Shown here: positions 1 through 7,200 of the stretch, in pieces
Position numbering within the stretch: the first letter of the stretch is position 1
Layout of the letters: each line of letters starts with the position of its first letter
Source: Elusimicrobiota bacterium
GTDB lineage: Bacteria > Elusimicrobiota > Elusimicrobia > F11
Assembly: GCA_046153645.1 (NCBI GenBank)
Contig: JBJXGI010000034.1
Coordinates: forward strand, 1 to 64,000
Direction: 5' to 3'
DNA length: 64,000 nucleotides
Notes under the pieces: model-generated
The model's input: only the letters and a program-made list of their open reading frames with translations
Told to the model about the DNA's origin: nothing
Databases searched by the model: none
Program-made: the position numbers and the translations under genes

Positions 1-1
1 A

Positions 2-421
2 CATATCAACTATAAAGCTCATCTGAAAAAAATAATTTCTTTAAATACATCGAATCCTGAAAAAAAAGCCCAAAACGATCTTATTGCTGATATGAATAAA
101 ACACGCCAAGTGATTGAAAAAGCCGTTGGCAAAATACAACTTCTTCGTATGCCACACGGCATTGATGGCCCTTGGATTCGGGATGCGGCTAAACAAGCAG
201 GCTTCGTGTTGGTGAACTGGACATATGGCACTGATTGGAACCCTGCTCCTTTTGAAAAACAAATTCCTGGATATGTGAAAGGCATAAAACCTGGTGGGAT
301 TATTCTCTTACATGACGGCTGGCCCAAAAGTGATAAATCTCTGGCTATTACCGAAGCCCTTATCCATGCCGCAAAAGAAAAAGGTTATGAGATGGTTACA
401 GTGGGAGAGTTGTTGAAATAA
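2..421 (+). CDS. Polysaccharide deacetylase (NodB/CE4) family protein, 5'-truncated by window edge
   Basis: Frame is open from position 2. LLRMPHG, W..GTDW and GGIILLHDG match CE4 motifs 3-5. Confidence 0.85.
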   Translation, partial: HINYKAHLKKIISLNTSNPEKKAQNDLIADMNKTRQVIEKAVGKIQLLRMPHGIDGPWIRDAAKQAGFVLVNWTYGTDWNPAPFEKQIPGYVKGIKPGGIILLHDGWPKSDKSLAITEALIHAAKEKGYEMVTVGELLK

Positions 422-422
422 T

Positions 423-2777
423 TTACTTCTCTTTCATTTGTACGGGACTCGCTGGAATGGCATCGATTCGTATGATTTTCCCGGTTTTTTCTACTTGTCC
501 AAAATTAAGTACTCCGGTCGGACAGCTTTGAACACAGGCCGAACACCGCACACATTCGGGGTCTTGCATTGGGAGGCCTTTGTTGGCAAAATTCATGACA
601 TCAATTCCCATATGGCAGACAGAAGTACAGACATTGCAAGAGATGCATTTCTTTTTATTGGAGACAATCGCAAACAAACTAAAGCGTGAGTAAATGTGCA
701 TGAGGGCAGCCAAGGGACAAAAAAACCGGCACCAAACTCGACCAGAGAAATGAAAATAAAGCCCCACACCAATAATGCCCGCGAGTAATAAATCTACAAA
801 CCAAACATAATTAAAAATAGGCAAATGATGAAAAACAGTGTCATATGTTTTTTCCGCCCAACCAATATGCATCCAACCCAAAATTCTAAAAACTAGAAGT
901 GCGAAGGCCATTACCAATATAATTTGACCTGCCATATTAAGTTTATTCCATTGAGGGCCATGTGGCATTTTTGTTCTGTGGTCATCGCCTAAGGTTTCAG
1001 CCAAAGCGCCACAAGAGCAAATCCAACCACAGTAAGCGCCTTTGCCCCAAAAATAAATAATTCCAGGAATGATGACAAAAGTTTGAACTGCGCTGATGAT
1101 AAGCCAAGTCCATAGGGGTTGACTGGTAAATACATTCCAAAAAAAGAGCGGCCAGGCCAAAATAAAACCAAAGGCTCGCCAGTATTCCCTGCCATGACCA
1201 TATCCAGCCATGGGGAAAAGAGCATCAGCTATTTGTTTCATCACACCATGATCAAACACTCCGCTGTGGCCCATCCATGGGAGAATAATATAAGGAAGTA
1301 GAAAAAGCGGAATAACTTGAATGAATGCCAACGACCACGTTTGTAATTTAACATAGGGTGTTTTTCTCTTTTCGATGCGTTTCCAACCAAAAAATAAAAT
1401 AAGAACACAGTACGCCAATGAATAATAAAACCCTGGTTCGCCCACGGTTACTTTTAAGGTGGTAGAAAAAGCAGAAGTTGGTTCACCCCAGTGGGCGGTT
1501 AAGTTATACGGGAACCATTGATTTTGAGAAAATACGTCGCCAATTTTGGATATTTGTTTGAGTAGGGGAATGTGGTCGAAACCACTGAGACCGGTTTTTT
1601 TCCAATGATAAATAAAAGTGCAAATGAGAAGGGCTAGGGTCAGGGTTATCTTTTTACCCCATGTCCATTCTCCGGTGATTCGAATATCAGAGCGTCTAAA
1701 AAAATCAAGAGGCGCTTCACGCCCAATCATGGCAAACACGACATCATTAGGAAAATTCGTTTCTCCGTTTTTTTCAGTTTTTATTGTTACGGTATCGGGC
1801 GAAATATTTTTTAATGAAGAGCCCATATAGAGATTTAGTTTGCCGGTTTCATTGCTTTGGGGCATAAAACTGCCAGTGGCGGTGGTGATTCGTTCTGAGG
1901 TTGGGTTTGAAACTTCTGCTTCGGCTTGAGGATTTTGAGAAAGCGCCATCACCATTTCAATGTTTTCCGGTTTTGCTCTGGCAAATTCAGGTTTGCGGTA
2001 ACTTAAGGAAACTCGGGCGCCAGCCTTGGTTAGCGCAATGGCTGTTTCCATGGCGCTATCACCGCCGCCAACAACCAAACAATTTTTCCCAGAATAATCT
2101 TTCGGATCATGAAGACGGTTATAAACTTTATCTAGTTCTTCACCGGGAACTCCGAGTTTGCGAAAGTTTCCACTGCGGCCGATGGCCACAATGACTTTTT
2201 GTGCTTGAATACTTCCTTCTCCTCGAAGGGGCACTTCGAAAAATTTCCCTTTCTTTTGAATGTTTTCTGCAAACGATTTTCTGACCTCGATGTCTTTGAC
2301 TTGAGCGCGAATTTCATCTAATAAGGGTTCTTTGACTTGGGCCGAAACGGTAATGTCTCCTTCAGGAGTCATATCTTTGGGGTAAGTAAATATGGGTTTT
2401 CCTTTAGGAAAATTAATAATAGTTGAGAAAGGTTCGCTGGCTTCTAAGAGAATGAATTTAAGACCTGCTTTTTTAGCTTCTTTGGCCGCCGACATTCCAC
2501 TCAATCCTCCTCCAATAATAATAAGGTCGTAGGGGGCATCGTTTTGAGTTGAGGAGGGGAGTTTTTGGAAATTTTTGTCCGCCAAAATGGTTTTGACTGC
2601 TTTGGCGCCAGAATCAATAGAGAATTTGAGGAGAGGGATTCCTTTGAGGTCTCCAACAACGTAAATTCCTTGAATATTGGTTGAACCATCTTCTTGTAGT
2701 TCAGGAAGTTTTTCTATACTGCCACCTGGCCATTGTCCGTGTAACCATTTATAATATTTTTGAACAAGCCCCCACAT
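423..2777 (-). CDS. FAD/NAD(P)-dependent oxidoreductase (TrxB/YpdA-like) fused to a polytopic membrane 4Fe-4S domain (NapH/FixG-like)
   Basis: IIGGGLSG and VVGGGDSA dinucleotide motifs, several TM helices, CGWICSCG and CRFFCP, two CxxCxxCxxxC ferredoxin motifs at the C-terminus. Confidence 0.85.
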   Translation of the reverse strand: MWGLVQKYYKWLHGQWPGGSIEKLPELQEDGSTNIQGIYVVGDLKGIPLLKFSIDSGAKAVKTILADKNFQKLPSSTQNDAPYDLIIIGGGLSGMSAAKEAKKAGLKFILLEASEPFSTIINFPKGKPIFTYPKDMTPEGDITVSAQVKEPLLDEIRAQVKDIEVRKSFAENIQKKGKFFEVPLRGEGSIQAQKVIVAIGRSGNFRKLGVPGEELDKVYNRLHDPKDYSGKNCLVVGGGDSAMETAIALTKAGARVSLSYRKPEFARAKPENIEMVMALSQNPQAEAEVSNPTSERITTATGSFMPQSNETGKLNLYMGSSLKNISPDTVTIKTEKNGETNFPNDVVFAMIGREAPLDFFRRSDIRITGEWTWGKKITLTLALLICTFIYHWKKTGLSGFDHIPLLKQISKIGDVFSQNQWFPYNLTAHWGEPTSAFSTTLKVTVGEPGFYYSLAYCVLILFFGWKRIEKRKTPYVKLQTWSLAFIQVIPLFLLPYIILPWMGHSGVFDHGVMKQIADALFPMAGYGHGREYWRAFGFILAWPLFFWNVFTSQPLWTWLIISAVQTFVIIPGIIYFWGKGAYCGWICSCGALAETLGDDHRTKMPHGPQWNKLNMAGQIILVMAFALLVFRILGWMHIGWAEKTYDTVFHHLPIFNYVWFVDLLLAGIIGVGLYFHFSGRVWCRFFCPLAALMHIYSRFSLFAIVSNKKKCISCNVCTSVCHMGIDVMNFANKGLPMQDPECVRCSACVQSCPTGVLNFGQVEKTGKIIRIDAIPASPVQMKEK

Positions 2778-2893
2778 GAGATTCTCCTTATATATTGGTC
2801 TAGATCGTCAGGGGATTTATAGCATATTGATTGAAAAGATTTTGAATTTGATACAATTCACGCCTCAAGATCGCTAAGCTGCGTAGCGGTCAA

Positions 2894-2977
2894 GCCGGCG
2901 TGGCGGAATGGCAGACGCGTCAGACTCAAAATCTGATTCTCTTCGCGGGAGTGTAGGTTCAAGTCCTATCGCCGGTA
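2894..2977 (+). tRNA. tRNA-Leu (anticodon CAA), CCA not encoded
   Basis: GCCGGCG/CGCCGGT acceptor stem, GGCGGAATGGCAGACGC D arm, TCAGA-CTCAAAA-TCTGA anticodon arm, long variable arm, GGTTCAAGTCC T arm. Confidence 0.95.
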
Positions 2978-3001
2978 TATATCACATTAGGAATCGGCAC
3001 T

Positions 3002-3199
3002 ATGAATTCATCTTTATTAATTAAGCAGGCGCTTCAGCTTAAACCAGCTCAAAAGTTTATTGTTATTGAAGCGCTTGTAAATAGCCTTGATACTCCTGAT
3101 AAAAAAATTGAGGCTGAATGGATTAAGCAAGCTGAAAAAAGGCTTCGCCTTTACAAAAAGGGAAAGCTTAAAGCTGTAAATATAAAAGATTTTTTATAA
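3002..3199 (+). CDS. Addiction-module component (TIGR02574-like antitoxin)
   Basis: 65 aa with the pattern AL.L....K..L.E.L..SLD.PD..IE..W...AE.R...Y..G typical of this family. Confidence 0.75.
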   Translation: MNSSLLIKQALQLKPAQKFIVIEALVNSLDTPDKKIEAEWIKQAEKRLRLYKKGKLKAVNIKDFL

Positions 3200-3295
3200 A
3201 ATTTTATATTCAATCCTTGATGATTGTATTCTTATTTTGGCTTTTGCCCATCAACATCGAAAACCAGAATATTGGAAACGAAAAAATTAACTTCT

Positions 3296-4267
3296 ATGAA
3301 CGTCCTTCTCACTGGTGCTTCTGGTTTTATTGGAAGCTGCTTTCTTAAAAAACTTAACCTTCTTGGAATTGATCAAGTTTGGCTTACGGATATTGCTAGT
3401 GAGGGATTTGCTCACGCCAATCTTCAAGGTAAAAAATTCCAAGGTTATATCACTCGTGATCAATTATTTTCAGAGATAGAAAAAAACAATTTAAACCACA
3501 TTAACTTGGTTGTTCATTTGGGCGCTTGTTCCGATACAACAGAAAAAAATAGAACTTATCTTCAAGAAAATAACACCGACTATAGTCGAAAATTAGCTCA
3601 ATGGTGTCTTGCTAAAAATAAAAAATTTCACTACGCCTCAAGCGCTTCTGTTTATGGTGATGGAAAACAAGGCTATAGTGACGACTCTTCTAAAGTTCAT
3701 TTATATAAAGCGCTCAATCTCTATGGAGAATCAAAGTTGTTGTTTGATCAGTGGGTCATCGATCAAAAGTTAGAAAAACAGGTCGTTGGGTATCGATATT
3801 TTAATGTATTTGGCCCCAATGAATACCATAAAGGTGATATGCGGAGTTTAGTGAGTAAAGCCTATGACCAATTGGCCGCTGGGGAAAGAGTGAAGTTATT
3901 TGCCACTTCTCGCGCTGGCTATGGTGATGGTTCTGAAGAGCGAGATTTTGTTTATGTAAAAGATGTTATTGATGTTATGGCCTATTTTCTTGAGCATCCC
4001 GATAGAGGGGGTATTTTTAATCTGGGAACCGGACAACCCCGCAGTTTTAAAGACCTTGCCCTCGCCGTCTATTTAGCCATGAACAAAAAACCAGATATCG
4101 AATATATCCCGATGCCAGAAAAACTAAAGGGTCAATATCAATATTGGACGTGCGCTGATTTAGAAAAACTAAAGAATGCGGGGTATAATAAGCCGTTTTT
4201 ATCACTAGAAAATTCTGTGAAAGATTACGTTCACAATCATTTATCGCAGAAAATACCTATCTACTAA
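3296..4267 (+). CDS. hldD: ADP-L-glycero-D-manno-heptose 6-epimerase
   Basis: TGASGFIGS, HLGACSDTTE, YASSASVYG, YGESK, RYFNVFGPNEYHKGDM, RDFVYVKD, YQYWTCAD. Start moved to the ATG at 3296. Confidence 0.93.
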   Translation: MNVLLTGASGFIGSCFLKKLNLLGIDQVWLTDIASEGFAHANLQGKKFQGYITRDQLFSEIEKNNLNHINLVVHLGACSDTTEKNRTYLQENNTDYSRKLAQWCLAKNKKFHYASSASVYGDGKQGYSDDSSKVHLYKALNLYGESKLLFDQWVIDQKLEKQVVGYRYFNVFGPNEYHKGDMRSLVSKAYDQLAAGERVKLFATSRAGYGDGSEERDFVYVKDVIDVMAYFLEHPDRGGIFNLGTGQPRSFKDLALAVYLAMNKKPDIEYIPMPEKLKGQYQYWTCADLEKLKNAGYNKPFLSLENSVKDYVHNHLSQKIPIY

Positions 4268-4298
4268 AGCTACATTTCATTTCTTTTTTTAAGGGTTT

Positions 4299-7200
4299 TT
4301 ACGCGTTTTCTTCCACTCTTTTAAAACTATTGAGAAAAATATTCAATTGAAAACGAATCCAACCATCGCGGCGATGAATTATGAGGGAAATAATTTTAGC
4401 CAAGCGCTCACTTGCTTCGAAGATAACAGGTTGACGTGAAATCACGGTAATTTGACCTGTTTTAAAATGGTTATTTTGTAATTCTCTGACTGTTTTTAGT
4501 TTTGCGGCATTTGGATTTGTCAAAACCTCGTTATAACTATACAAACCTGTCATTTTATTTTTCTTTAGATTGTTGATAGGAACAATAACCATGTGTTTTT
4601 TTCGATTGTATTTTTTCATTATATTGACCACATCTTTTTCTGTTTTTTCAGAAACAATCAAAATAAGATCCTGCTTTTTACTTATTTTTTTGAGTTTTAA
4701 CATTGAATTTAAATCTAAAACATCTTCTTTTGTATTGATATGAACAATACTAAGGGAACCGCTTGTTCCGTCAAAGGCGTGGGCAATGTCAAGGCTTGTT
4801 GGTATTTGCCCCTCGAGTTGCTCCAAAATTAATTCTAAGGAGTCGGAGTTTTCATTAATCATATTCATCGGTAACTCAATCGTAGGTGGGAATGCTTGTT
4901 TTCGTGTGAAAAAATTGTAAGCAGAATGAAGAGCGCCCATAAAAATATAGGAGAGTGTGACAGTCAATTCAGGGGATAAAGAGGGGAGAAAAAACGGAAG
5001 AAAATAAGTAAAGGCCATACCACCGGCCCCAATACCGATAGCAAGCAAGAGGAGTTTGATCCTTTGAGAAATGAACCAACCCCACTGCGATGATGTGTTT
5101 TTCCCAATGAAAAGTTTTGGGTGAATGAGAGTGGCAAAGAGTCCGGCATAAATAAAAACAGCTTCCCAGTGGGAGATCGTTCCCAAAAAAACAGGCAACA
5201 CAAAACTGAATATTATCCAGCGCCCAAGTGAATCTTCTAAAAACCCACCAACCGCCGTTATTCTATTAAGCCATTTGGATTCTGATTGAGTATTTTTACC
5301 CATCCAAGTGTAGATTATGCTTAAGGGATTAAAAATAGAAAGAGCTTGAGGATTTTTAGAGTGAGTTAAACGGCGTAATTTTTCCAATGCTTTTGATTGA
5401 TATTTGGATATGTTTGACTGCGTAATACCCAGATCACTAGCGATTTCTTGTTGGGTTTTATTAAGAATAAAGTAGTCATACAAAATCTTGGCGTAACGAT
5501 GTCCCAATAGCTTTTCTAGTTGATGTTGGTAAGTTTGTACTGTTTTTTTGTCAGAGGGTTTATTATCTGATTTGATAAGTTTACGTAGTTCGGCGATTGC
5601 ATATGTTTGTCGTTTGGAGATGTTTGCCTGAGAGACATTTTCATTCTCAGCAATTTGTTTTTGAGTTTTTTCTTCTATAAATCGTTCAAGTAAAACTTTT
5701 TGGTAGAGGGGTTTGAGTTCTTTTAATCGATGTTCATTAGACCGTACCAAATCATGATCTGATATTTCATTTGGTTTAATTAATTTGTTTAGTTGTTTGA
5801 GCGCATTTGATAGTTGATCACGAAGAGCTTCAACAGTGATCCCTCTTTTAGCAGCCATTTTTTTTAGAGATTTCTTCGCAATAAAATGATCTTTCAAAAT
5901 ATCTCGATAGGACGTTTTTAGTTTATTTACAACAGCTAAATGAGTTTTAACGAATTGAGCATTCGAATCCTCATTTGAGTCGACTAGTTTCCTTAGATTT
6001 TTGAGCCCAATAAATTCCCGACTTTTAATGGTTTTATTAGAAACCTTTTTTTTGTCGGCAATAAATTGGAGAGTTTTTTCTTCAACAAAGCGAAGGTATA
6101 AAACTTCAGCATGAGAGGGCTTTAATTCATCCAAGCGTTTCAAATGGGTTAAAACGAACTGACGATCCGATGGTTCATCTGATTGGATTAGTTTTTTTAG
6201 ACGTTTTAAAGCCGTAGAAAGCATAGAACGAATGGCGGGTGGTGTTACTCCTTTTTCTTCCGCAATCTCTCTCAAAGCGCTTCCTTTAATAAAATGGCGA
6301 TATAAAACATCTGAGTGGGATGATTGCAGTTCTTTTAAACGGTGTTGGTTTGCCTTAACCATGTCGCTGTTCTCAGAATCAGCCAATTTTTTTGTTTTCT
6401 GCTTTTTAATTTGAATAGCGCTTGGTTTTTTCTCCCGGGCGAGTATTGTGTTTTCTTGTCTTAGCAACGTCGTTTTTTGAGAACCTTTAATAATATGCGG
6501 CGCTTTTTTTTCTAATTCGATTCGTCCTTTTGCCAACAATCTTTCATAGAGTTGATTTCCAGGCCAGATTTTGAAATTTTCCACAATAAAAACATCGGTA
6601 TCGTCCGCAGAAACTGGGTGTTGAAAAGTGCTGGTTTCTTCTGATGCGGTAGAATAACCATCAGCGATAATTTTCCGTATTCTTTCTTTGGTAAGGTTCA
6701 ATAGTTTTCCGATGGCTTCTAAAGTATAAGTTTCTCCATTTTTAGTCCCTATTCCAAAACGCAACTTCAAAATAATTTGATCTCGAGGTGTCAAGGCGGA
6801 TAAAACTTTTAAAACTTCCTCTTGATCTGTCATATGAATTTCAGAGCCTTTTTGGATTTCCTCAAATCCAGCGTCCAATGAATTAGTTTTCAGTGGAATC
6901 GAACGCAGCTGCTGTACTTTTTCAACTGAAAGCCCCATTTTTTCAGCTATTTCATCATTGGTTGGTTCACGATTTAATTGATTTCGTAATTGTTTTTTAA
7001 TTTTCTCAAGAAGATTAAGTTCTTTATCGAGATATTGTGGAATCCAAATTGTTTTTTCTTTTCGATATCCTTGTCGCATTGACTCTATAATCCAATCTTT
7101 TGCATAGGTAATAAAAACATAGCCTAATTGAGAATCAAATTTATCGATGGCTTTCATAAGGCCAATCACTCCATCTGCAGCTGCCTCTTCTTTATCTCTT

